Positions 1 to 7,832 of a stretch of DNA of 8,973 nt are shown one piece after another. This stretch comes from a virus (taxonomy: Duplodnaviria > Heunggongvirae > Uroviricota > Caudoviricetes): the IMG/VR virus record IMGVR_UViG_2529292829_000013. One strand, given 5' to 3'. The translations under genes were made by a program, and so were the position numbers. Within the stretch, counting starts at the first letter, position 1; each line of letters opens with the position of its first letter. The notes beneath the pieces were generated by a model, which was not told where the DNA came from, did no database searches, and saw nothing but the letters and a program-made list of their open reading frames with translations.

Positions 1-291
1 CACACGGACCGTGGAGGCCAGTACTGTTCAGCAGATTATCAGGCGCAACTGAAGCGGCATAATCTGCGTGGAAGTATGAGCGCAAAAGGTTGCTGCTACG
101 ATAATGCCTGCGTGGAAAGCTTCTTTCATTCGCTGAAAGTGGAATGTATCCATGGAGAACACTTTATCAGCCGGGAAATAATGCGGGCAACGGTGTTTAA
201 TTATATCGAATGTGATTACAATCGGTGGCGGCGGCACAGTTGGTGTGGCGGCCTCAGTCCGGAACAATTTGAAAACAAGAACCTCGCTTAG
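1..291 (+). CDS. insF: IS3 transposase OrfB (InsF-type), C-terminal part; 5' end lies outside the window
   Basis: The frame is open from base 1 and translates [55 protein letters not shown]...[11 protein letters not shown], the DDE-transposase C-terminus of IS3 OrfB from memory. The ORF track reports only 76-291 because it starts at the first Met. Confidence 0.8.
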
Positions 292-331
292 GCCTGTGTC
301 CATATTACGTGGGTAGGATCATGCTGTCCTC
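1..331 (+). mobile_element. Right-hand portion of an IS3 element ending in its terminal inverted repeat; the window starts inside the element
   Basis: Bases 290-331 (ggcctgtgtccatattacgtgggtaggatca) match the IS3 right inverted repeat as I recall it (reverse complement TGATCCTACCCACGTAATATGGACACAGGCC); the transposase ORF stops at 289-291 just inside the end. Confidence 0.85.
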
Positions 332-379
332 ATTGAATACAATTTAAAAGATCTTTTTTCGTCAAATACAGATCATCTA

Positions 380-949
380 ATGATCGTAGATGTTGAGGAG
401 AAAACAGTTAATGATTTCTTTAAAAACTACACACTCTCACCTTTTTCTGTAAGAAGGTTTTATCCGTCATACTTGATAGTAGAATGTGAAGATTTTTCAT
501 TGTTAAGGAACTTGGTTGCATGCTTGAATTGTGATAGCAAAACCGTGGATGTAGTTAGAAATCAAATATCACTTGCATGTCTTGCTGTCTTATCTTCAGA
601 GAAAATAGTGCAAAGTTTTTTGTTCGGAAGTCTTAATAGCTTAGGTTGTAAAGTTAAGGCTATTATTCACTCGGATATCTCAGCGTCATGGAGACTTTGT
701 GATATATCTTCAAGATTATATATGAGCGAGAGTTTGTTAAAAAGAAAATTAAAAGACGAAGGATTATCGTTTAGTAAATTAATTCTTGAAGAACGAATGA
801 TGATGGCGCAAAGATTATTGATCTACAGTAACCATACTGTCGGCAAGGTGGCGGGAATATGCGGGTATGACAATGCATCATATTTTGTAAGTGTTTTTAG
901 AGGATATTTTGGTGTGCCTCCGCACCAATATTTATCAAGATTTTCTTAG
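380..949 (+). CDS. AraC/XylS-family transcriptional regulator (AppY/EnvY/GadX-like), apparently N-terminally truncated next to the IS3 end
   Basis: 189-aa ORF whose C-terminal ~90 aa look like an AraC double helix-turn-helix (LLKRKLKDEGLSFSKLILEERMMMAQRLL...GYDNASYFVSVFRGYFGVPPHQY). Family members are usually ~240-260 aa. The frame is open back only to 347, there is no Shine-Dalgarno before the ATG, and the IS3 end is at 331. Confidence 0.7.
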   Translation: MIVDVEEKTVNDFFKNYTLSPFSVRRFYPSYLIVECEDFSLLRNLVACLNCDSKTVDVVRNQISLACLAVLSSEKIVQSFLFGSLNSLGCKVKAIIHSDISASWRLCDISSRLYMSESLLKRKLKDEGLSFSKLILEERMMMAQRLLIYSNHTVGKVAGICGYDNASYFVSVFRGYFGVPPHQYLSRFS

Positions 950-1017
950 AAGATATGATGTGATGGCATTTTATAAAGTTATTTTTTGAAGTGTAAGATT
1001 ATACGATATTTTTAGCT

Positions 1018-1049
1018 ACGCCAGAATAATTGCTGGCGTTTTTCTTTTT
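1018..1049 (+). terminator. Rho-independent terminator (for the AraC-like gene, or a tR'-like late terminator upstream of the holin)
   Basis: Stem CGCCAG (1019-1024), 8-nt loop, CTGGCG (1033-1038), then T-run tttttcttttt (1039-1049). Confidence 0.6.
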
Positions 1050-1139
1050 GAATAGATGTTCGGGCCTTACGCTAATGTAACTTCTTTCCTTCTTCGAACC
1101 AAACCGTGTACACCATCCGTTATCTGCGGAGGTGAGGCT

Positions 1140-1355
1140 ATGAAATCCATGGATAAGTTAACAACGGGCATCGCCTACAGCACCTCTGCAGGCAGTGCTG
1201 GCTACTGGTTTTTACAGTTGCTCGATAAAGTCACGCCCTCACAGTGGGCGGCAATAGGTGTATTGGGTAGTCTGGTATTTGGCATGCTGACGTATCTGAC
1301 AAACCTTTATTTCAAGATTAAAGAAGACAGGCGTAAGGTTGCGAGAAGAGAGTAA
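1140..1355 (+). CDS. essQ: Phage-21-type pinholin (S21 / EssD/EssQ family), dual-start motif MKSMDK
   Basis: 71-aa product [71 protein letters not shown] with two transmembrane segments and a charged C-terminus; strong SD GGAGGTGAGG upstream; Met1 and Met4 mirror the S21 71/68 dual start. The ORF-track start at 1056 is an unsupported upstream extension. Confidence 0.85.
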   Translation: MKSMDKLTTGIAYSTSAGSAGYWFLQLLDKVTPSQWAAIGVLGSLVFGMLTYLTNLYFKIKEDRRKVARRE

Positions 1356-1359
1356 TCCA

Positions 1360-1911
1360 ATGACTCAAGACTATGAACTGGTTGTGAAAGGAGTTCGCAA
1401 TTTTGAGAATAAAGTGGCGGTAACTGTAGCCTTACGGGACAAAAAACACTTTGACGGTGAAATTTTTGACCTGGACATCTCGCTGGACCGTGTTGAAGGT
1501 GCCGCGCTGGAGTTTTATGAGGCAGCAGCCAGAAGGAGCATCAGACAGGTCTTCCTGGATGTTGCTGCCGGGTTATGTGAAGGGGATGAGCAGTCGCCGG
1601 AAAAGCGCCCCATAATTTTAGAGGCGCAGAATGTGTGGATAACCTACAAAGGAAAGCTACCGGGAAGAATTACTGGTTCTCTGAAGACGCCACCGACGGC
1701 ATTGCGGTCAGAAAAAGATGATATTGAATCGCCCATTGAAAAACTGGAGGGCAGCGTCGCTGATCTGAATAAAAAATTGTCGGTGCTGATTCCTTCTGAA
1801 GATGAAAAAAAACGCCGCGATGAGCAGTTTGCGGCGTTTTACGATTATTGCATTGAAGTTACTCGCAGGAATTTTGTGAAGATTTTTGAGGAGGGTAAAT
1901 CTCTTCAGTAA
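1360..1911 (+). CDS. Hypothetical prophage protein; N-terminal part ydfR-like (DUF826-like), with a C-terminal extension of unknown function
   Basis: ATG at 1360 with SD-like agaagagag 7-8 nt upstream, 4 nt after the holin stop; 183 aa with coding-like codon usage throughout. My recollection is that the K-12 protein at this position (YdfR) is ~103 aa and begins MTQDYELVVKGVRNFENK; that recollection is unverified. Confidence 0.6.
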   Translation: MTQDYELVVKGVRNFENKVAVTVALRDKKHFDGEIFDLDISLDRVEGAALEFYEAAARRSIRQVFLDVAAGLCEGDEQSPEKRPIILEAQNVWITYKGKLPGRITGSLKTPPTALRSEKDDIESPIEKLEGSVADLNKKLSVLIPSEDEKKRRDEQFAAFYDYCIEVTRRNFVKIFEEGKSLQ

Positions 1912-2119
1912 GCTTATTGGCGGACGCTGCAATTAATTCAGGAAGGTCCGCAAGGTCATCTGTCAGTGGATATGATGAAAAATCGGCGGCAGTTCTGTTA
2001 AGAAGCGCTTTAACTAATTCCTTTTCCTTCTCCGGCAACAAGTTGATTAGAGCTACGACTGCTTGCCTGAGTGCGATTAAATCAGCAAAAGTTTGTTTAG
2101 GTAGATTTGTGTAATCCAT
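1859..2119 (-). CDS. Hypothetical 86-aa acidic protein, convergent with and overlapping the 3' end of the ydfR-like ORF
   Basis: ATG at 2117-2119 (minus) preceded by AGAGG 7 nt upstream; product MDYTNLPKQTFADLIALRQAVVALINLLPEKEKELVKALLNRTAADFSSYPLTDDLADLPELIAASANKLTEEIYPPQKSSQNSCE; I recognise no family. Confidence 0.45.
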   Translation of the reverse strand: MDYTNLPKQTFADLIALRQAVVALINLLPEKEKELVKALLNRTAADFSSYPLTDDLADLPELIAASANKLTEEIYPPQKSSQNSCE

Positions 2120-2232
2120 AGTCGCCTCTGTGTTTATCAGATTGACATCCTCCTCCCGCCAGTGCCCATCACTGGTGAGGTAAGATTTAACATATCCGGG
2201 GATTTGAAGCCGATAAATCCTGATAAATATCC

Positions 2233-3260
<1,028 letters not shown>

Positions 3261-3622
3261 ATTAATATTAAATCGGATTATTTTTAGCGCTGAATGTGAA
3301 ATTTAAATAAAAAGGACTCTTCCATGAGTCAAAATCCTTGAAATCTTAAGGGTAAGATAAAAGGTCATTAGACAGAATGACACGTTTTATTAATAAATAA
3401 AGCTATTGTTTCATTCGTGTGTTTTTCTTTACAAAAGTAATCCTTGCTATGGTTGGTTAATCATGCGTTAATGGTGTTCTGGTTTGTTACAAAATTATCT
3501 GAAGCAGTCATTGTTATAATTTTATTATTTGTACCTCTTGAGATTTCCTTGTTGGTTTTTCTCTCTGATATTTTTTTCGGACCATTCTGCCCAAGGGCTA
3601 ACTTCTTCAAAAGGTAATAATG
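3261..3622 (+). promoter_or_regulatory. AT-rich promoter and long 5' leader region of the cold-shock gene cspI
   Basis: ~360 bp AT-rich non-coding stretch with a TATAAT at 3516-3521; CspA-family genes characteristically have long structured 5' UTRs. Exact promoter elements are not resolved. Confidence 0.4.
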
Positions 3623-3835
3623 ATGTCTAACAAAATGACTGGTTTAGTGAAATGGTTTAACCCTGAAAAAGGTTTTGGTTTCATCACGCCGAAAGATGGT
3701 AGCAAAGATGTGTTTGTCCATTTCTCAGCTATTCAGAGCAACGATTTCAAAACGTTAACTGAGAATCAGGAAGTCGAATTTGGTATTGAGAACGGACCTA
3801 AAGGCCCCGCGGCTGTTCATGTTGTGGCACTTTGA
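3623..3835 (+). CDS. cspI: Cold-shock protein, CspA family (CspI)
   Basis: 70-aa product [70 protein letters not shown] with RNP1/RNP2 motifs (KGFGFI, VFVHF); the ORF track starts one codon earlier at 3620. Confidence 0.92.
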   Translation: MSNKMTGLVKWFNPEKGFGFITPKDGSKDVFVHFSAIQSNDFKTLTENQEVEFGIENGPKGPAAVHVVAL

Positions 3836-4034
3836 GGTAGAAAATATTACAAACCATATTCACTTTAGATGCCCGTGTTGCCATGGTTCTCAGTATAGAA
3901 CATCATCTTTTGATGTTTCTGACAGGAATCCTTTCGGGGCAAAATGTATCTTTTGTAAATCAATGATGATTACATTTGATAATATTTCACAATACTTAAA
4001 TGTTAGCCGTCTATCGTTAGATTTAAGAAAGTGA
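3819..4034 (+). CDS. Putative small zinc-ribbon protein (CPCC...CIFC), overlapping the 3' end of cspI in another frame; start uncertain
   Basis: ORF contains C-P-C-C, 21 residues, then C-I-F-C, a classic zinc-ribbon spacing; its stop at 4032-4034 is followed directly by a strong terminator. The only in-frame ATG (3819) lies inside cspI and has no good SD. Confidence 0.3.
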   Translation: MLWHFEVENITNHIHFRCPCCHGSQYRTSSFDVSDRNPFGAKCIFCKSMMITFDNISQYLNVSRLSLDLRK

Positions 4035-4039
4035 AAATG

Positions 4040-4062
4040 AAGGCTCCTTCGGGAGCTTTTTT
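4040..4062 (+). terminator. Rho-independent terminator with a UUCG tetraloop
   Basis: aaGGCTCC ttcg GGAGCtt followed by tttttt (4057-4062). Confidence 0.8.
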
Positions 4063-4180
4063 GCTTAGTGTCTAGTCGATGGATACTCACATATTACGGT
4101 AACATTATGAAAAAAATAATAGTTTTTTTAACTCTGAACCAGCAATGGTAGTGCCAGTGATGACCGGAGTTAACACCATC

Positions 4181-4336
4181 ATGCGTGAATATCCAAATGG
4201 CGAAACAACACACCTCACTGTAATGGCTGCAGGGTTTCCATCTCTGACCGGAGATCATAAAGTCATTTATGTAGCAGCGGATCGACATGTAACTTCAGAA
4301 GAAATTCTGGAAGCAGCAATGAGACTCTTGAATTGA
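4181..4336 (+). CDS. ynfN: YnfN-like small prophage protein (51 aa)
   Basis: MREYPNGETTHLTVMAAGFPSLTGDHKVIYVAADRHVTSEEILEAAMRLLN; the length and position (between cspI and the gns gene) match what I recall for Qin ynfN; the sequence itself is not recalled. The ORF-track start at 4145 has no RBS support. Confidence 0.5.
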   Translation: MREYPNGETTHLTVMAAGFPSLTGDHKVIYVAADRHVTSEEILEAAMRLLN

Positions 4337-4508
4337 TTTGATTCTAATGCATTGATAATAAATGATAATCATCTTTATCTGTTTGTGTGAAATTTAGACC
4401 GTCGTATGTTGATTATTGCGATGTTTCATCTTATCTTTTATACGTTTGCTCCATATAATTGACACTACTGTGTACCAGGAAAGTCATAACAGACTAAAAG
4501 AGGAAATG

Positions 4509-4682
4509 ATGAACATTGAAGAGTTAAAAACAAAAACAGAAGCAGATATTTCTGAATATATAACAAAAAAAATCATTGAGCTTAAGAAAAAGACCGGGAA
4601 AGAAGTTACCAGTATCCAGTTTACTGCACGGGAAAAAATGACTGGTCTTGAAAGCTATGATATCAAGATTGATTTAATCTAG
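4509..4682 (+). CDS. gnsB: GnsA/GnsB-family protein (57 aa)
   Basis: MNIEELKTKTEADISEYITKKIIELKKKTGKEVTSIQFTAREKMTGLESYDIKIDLI; strong SD aaGAGGAa upstream; resembles GnsA/GnsB (MNIEELK...TGKEV...FTAREKMTGLESYD) but appears diverged from the K-12 sequence as I recall it. Confidence 0.75.
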   Translation: MNIEELKTKTEADISEYITKKIIELKKKTGKEVTSIQFTAREKMTGLESYDIKIDLI

Positions 4683-4743
4683 TCTGTTTAGTATTAGCAT
4701 CAATTTCTCATCAGATGCTATTCAACAATACAAATTACCCATA

Positions 4744-4770
4744 AACCTCGTTTTTACGGGGTTTTGTTAT
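4744..4770 (+). terminator. Probable rho-independent terminator downstream of the gns gene
   Basis: AACCTCG (4744-4750), loop ttttta, CGGGGTT (4757-4763, one G-U pair), then a T-rich run ttttgttat. Confidence 0.5.
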
Positions 4771-4975
4771 ATTTAAACATTACCGAATAGGTATAAATCT
4801 CGATTGTCGATGGTATTGGTTGTGTGACAATACCTAGTCTTTCCGGTATGCCTGATGAGAATACAAACGACAGATTATGTAAGGGAAACGCGCTGAATCT
4901 TTAACTCTTTCATGCTGAGTGATTTGACGTTATATTTTTAGCCGTAAGTGAAGAGCAAACGCATGGAGCGACAAA

Positions 4976-5182
4976 ATGCATAAAGATCAATACACTGATG
5001 CCCCCTCCCAGGAGCAGGTTCGTGTAAAAACTATGCTTAATAGCACCATTTCGATGGGTTACCCGGATGTTGTAATTGCATGTATAGAACATCAAGTGTC
5101 TCTGGAAGCATTCAGGGCAATTGAGGCCGCGTTAGTAAAGCACGATAAGAATACGAAGGATTATTCCCTGGTGGTTGACTGA
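4976..5182 (+). CDS. Hypothetical 68-aa protein
   Basis: ATG at 4976 with GGAG 7 nt upstream; product [68 protein letters not shown]; no family recognised. Confidence 0.45.
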   Translation: MHKDQYTDAPSQEQVRVKTMLNSTISMGYPDVVIACIEHQVSLEAFRAIEAALVKHDKNTKDYSLVVD

Positions 5183-5530
5183 TCACCATAACTGCTAACC
5201 ATTCTGACCATTTCACAAGTGACAGAGTCAATATCGTATTCTGTCACTGTCAGGCTAATACAGCAATGCAATTCAACTACAGCAATGCCTCGTATTTAGG
5301 TGAATTTACAATATCGTCCAGTTCGGATGCCGGCTGCATTTCTGAAGATAAGGCATTTCGGTTCTCGTATTTTCCCCTCATGCTCGTCAGTCCTGCGCGT
5401 AGTAAGAAACAGGACACTCACACTAATTTGTGTGGGCATGCTGTGATGTCCTTCTGAATTATCCCCATGCCATTATGTAAAGCTCTGTTACAGATGCTCG
5501 TCACGGTTGTCAGGCTGTCGGGTCCTCCCA

Positions 5531-5570
5531 GTGGGGGGCCCTGCCACGGGGCGGGAGCGTCGCGGAAAAA
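5531..5570 (+). other. Lambda-like cohesive-end site (cosN-like core), with a probable cosB region extending to the Nu1-like start
   Basis: cacggggcgggagcgtcgcgg (5545-5565) resembles the lambda cosN region ACGGGGCGGCGACCTCGCGGG; it sits ~185 bp upstream of the Nu1-like ATG at 5735, matching lambda's cos-to-Nu1 spacing. Confidence 0.5.
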
Positions 5571-5734
5571 GGCTAGTTTTTGAAATTTCATCCGTCATCA
5601 CCACTACTGTAATAGATTGATATTAAAGTATTTTTATTTTTGTGGTGTCGATTTTGATTGTTTTTTGTTCATCACTAACACCGTTTGCCTAAAGTCGTTC
5701 GCAAGATGCATGTTTAAAACATTCTGGAGCGGGT

Positions 5735-5980
5735 ATGGATCGAGAGTTAAAAAATCTGACGCTGAATATCAGTCAACTGGCGGCACTGTCAGGTGTACAT
5801 CGCCAGACTGCTGCGGCAAGGCTGCAAAATCTACCCGTTGCAGGGGGGCATGAAAGCAACCTCAAGCTTTATCGGGTGGTTGATATTGTGTCGGCATTTC
5901 TGGCATTACCACCGCCGGTTGCAGAAGGCGAAATGGACGCGCATGAGCGCAAAGCCTGGTACCTTCTGCCCGTAAGGTGA
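5735..5980 (+). pseudogene. nohQ: Terminase small subunit (Nu1 homolog, NohQ/NohA-like), C-terminally truncated fragment
   Basis: N-terminal HTH region (NISQLAALSGVHRQTAAARLQNLPVAGGHESNLKLYRVV) parallels lambda Nu1; the ORF stops after 81 aa (Nu1 is ~180 aa) and the tail-fibre frame begins at the same point. Confidence 0.7.
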
Positions 5981-7160
5981 ATGGTAAGGCGCTTTCAGCT
6001 GATATAACACTGACGCCGAAAGATATTGGTACGCTTAACTCAACAACAATGTCATTCAGCGGTGGTGCTGGTTGGTTCAAATTAGCAACGGTAACCATGC
6101 CACAGGCGAGTTCTGTTGTTTCAATTACGTTGATTGGTGGCGCGGGATTTAACGTGGGGTCACCTCAACAGGCAGGTATATCTGAACTTGTTTTGCGTGC
6201 AGGTAATGGTAATCCGAAGGGGATTACTGGTGCTTTATGGCAGCGCACATCGACAGGGTTTACAAATTTTGCCTGGGTCAATACATCTGGTGATACTTAC
6301 GATATTTACGTTGCAATCGGAAATTATGCGACTGGTGTAAATATTCAATGGGATTATACCAGTAATGCCAGCGTGACGATTCATACGTCACCAGCATATT
6401 CTGCTAATAAGCCGGAAGGGTTAACGGACGGTACAGTTTATTCACTCTATACGCCATCAGAGCAGTTTTATCCGCCTGGCGCACCAATCCCGTGGCCATC
6501 AGATACCGTTCCGTCTGGCTATGCCCTGATGCAGGGGCAGACTTTTGACAAATCTGCCTACCCGAAACTTGCAGCCGCTTATCCGTCAGGCGTGATCCCT
6601 GATATGCGTGGCTGGACGATTAAGGGCAAACCTGCCAGTGGTCGTGCCGTATTGTCTCAGGAACAGGACGGCATTAAATCGCACACCCACAGCGCCAGCG
6701 CATCCAGTACGGATTTGGGGACGAAAAACACATCGTCGTTTGATTACGGAACCAAATCCACGAATAACACCGGGGCGCATACCCATAGTATTAGCGGGAC
6801 TGCAAATAGTGCCGGTGCGCACCAACACAAGAGTTCCGGTGCATTTGGTGGCACGAACACGAGCATTTTCCCTAATGGTTATACCGCGATTTCAAATCTA
6901 AGCGCGGGGATTATGAGCACAACAAGCGGTAGTGGCCAGACTCGTAATGCAGGGAAGACATCATCAGATGGTGCTCATACCCACTCGCTGTCCGGCACTG
7001 CTGCAAGCGCAGGCGCACATGCACATACTGTCGTATTGGTGCTCATACGCACTCCGTTGCGATTGGCTCACATGGACACACCATCACCGTTAACGCTGCT
7101 GGTAACGCGGAAAACACCGTCAAAAACATCGCATTTAACTATATTGTGAGGCTTGCATAA
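5977..7160 (+). pseudogene. stfQ: Side tail fibre protein, C-terminal portion only (StfQ/StfR-like), with a 1-nt frameshift near 7033
   Basis: No ATG start; the frame opens at 5947 inside the nohQ fragment. The product has His-rich GAHTHS-type repeats typical of Stf C-termini. After ...SAGAHAHTV the listed frame gives [15 protein letters not shown]..., while the other frame from 7035 gives [42 protein letters not shown] and ends at TAA 7158-7160, overlapping the tfa ATG. Confidence 0.75.
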
Positions 7161-7735
7161 TGGCATTCAGAATGAGTGAACAACCACGGACCATAAAAAT
7201 TTATAATCTGCTGGCCGGAACTAATGAATTTATTGGTGAAGGTGACGCATATATTCCGCCTCATACAGGTCTGCCAGCAAACAGTACCGATATTGCACCG
7301 CCAGATATTCCGGCAGGCTTCGTGGCTGTTTTCAACAGTGATGAGGCATCGTGGCATCTCGTTGAAGATCATCGGGGTAAAACCGTCTATGACGTGGCTT
7401 CCGGCGACGCGTTATTTATTTCTGAACTCGGTCCGTTACCGGAAAATGTTACCTGGTTATCGCCGGAAGGGGAGTTTCAGAAGTGGAACGGCACAGCCTG
7501 GGTGAAGGATACGGAAGCAGAAAAACTGTTCCGGATCCGGGAGGCGGAAGAAACAAAAAACAACCTGATGCAGGTAGCCAGTGAGCATATTGCGCCGCTT
7601 CAGGATGCTGCAGATCTGGAAATTGCAACGGAGGAAGAAATCTCGTTGCTGGAAGCATGGAAAAAGTATCGGGTATTGCTGAACCGTGTTGATACGTCAA
7701 CTTCACAGGATATTGAATGGCCAGCACTGCCGTAG
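7160..7735 (+). CDS. tfaQ: Tail fibre assembly protein (Tfa)
   Basis: 191 aa, [39 protein letters not shown]...; GAGG 8 nt upstream; sits immediately downstream of stf as in lambdoid stf-tfa pairs. Confidence 0.9.
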   Translation: MAFRMSEQPRTIKIYNLLAGTNEFIGEGDAYIPPHTGLPANSTDIAPPDIPAGFVAVFNSDEASWHLVEDHRGKTVYDVASGDALFISELGPLPENVTWLSPEGEFQKWNGTAWVKDTEAEKLFRIREAEETKNNLMQVASEHIAPLQDAADLEIATEEEISLLEAWKKYRVLLNRVDTSTSQDIEWPALP

Positions 7736-7832
7736 GGTAAAACATATAAATTCTATAATTAGATGTATCTTTCCATTTACGGCAAGGAAGGGGGCTTGGA
7801 AGACGTAAAGCATCTCACACCGAGATTATTTT

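Noticed and set aside
28-303. 91-aa minus-strand ORF
   Set aside because: Lies antisense within the IS3 transposase coding region; the plus-strand frame is the recognised transposase.
1056-1139. Upstream extension of the holin ORF (MFGPYANV...)
   Set aside because: The strong SD and the conserved MKSMDK dual start place the true start at 1140; the extension runs through the terminator region.
3890-4288. Minus-strand ORFs 3890-4090 and 4094-4288
   Set aside because: Antisense to the zinc-ribbon ORF/terminator and to the ynfN-like gene; no start signals.
4910-5095. 61-aa minus-strand ORF
   Set aside because: Antisense to the RBS-supported 68-aa ORF at 4976-5182.
5266-5457. 63-aa plus-strand ORF (MQFNYSNASYLG...)
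   Set aside because: No RBS and a low-complexity, Ser-rich product; more likely non-coding spacer or a decayed gene.
5617-6098. ORFs 5617-5853 (+), 5793-5975 (+) and 5862-6098 (-)
   Set aside because: Alternative frames overlapping the cosB region and the Nu1-like and tail fibre ORFs.
6650-7060. Repeated GAHTHS / AGAHxH motifs read as a possible tandem-repeat or CRISPR-like feature
   Set aside because: These are in-frame protein repeats typical of side tail fibre C-terminal domains; there are no direct DNA repeats with unique spacers.
6134-7745. ORFs 6134-6340, 6586-6828, 6608-6901, 7139-7372, 7224-7505 and 7449-7745
   Set aside because: Off-frame or antisense ORFs inside the tail fibre and tfa genes, expected by chance in GC-balanced coding DNA.
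7739-7832. Possible bidirectional terminator or crossover site between convergent tfa and pin
   Set aside because: Only short imperfect inverted repeats (CCAAGGAAGGGGGCTTGG) with no clean stem plus U-run; not supportable by inspection.
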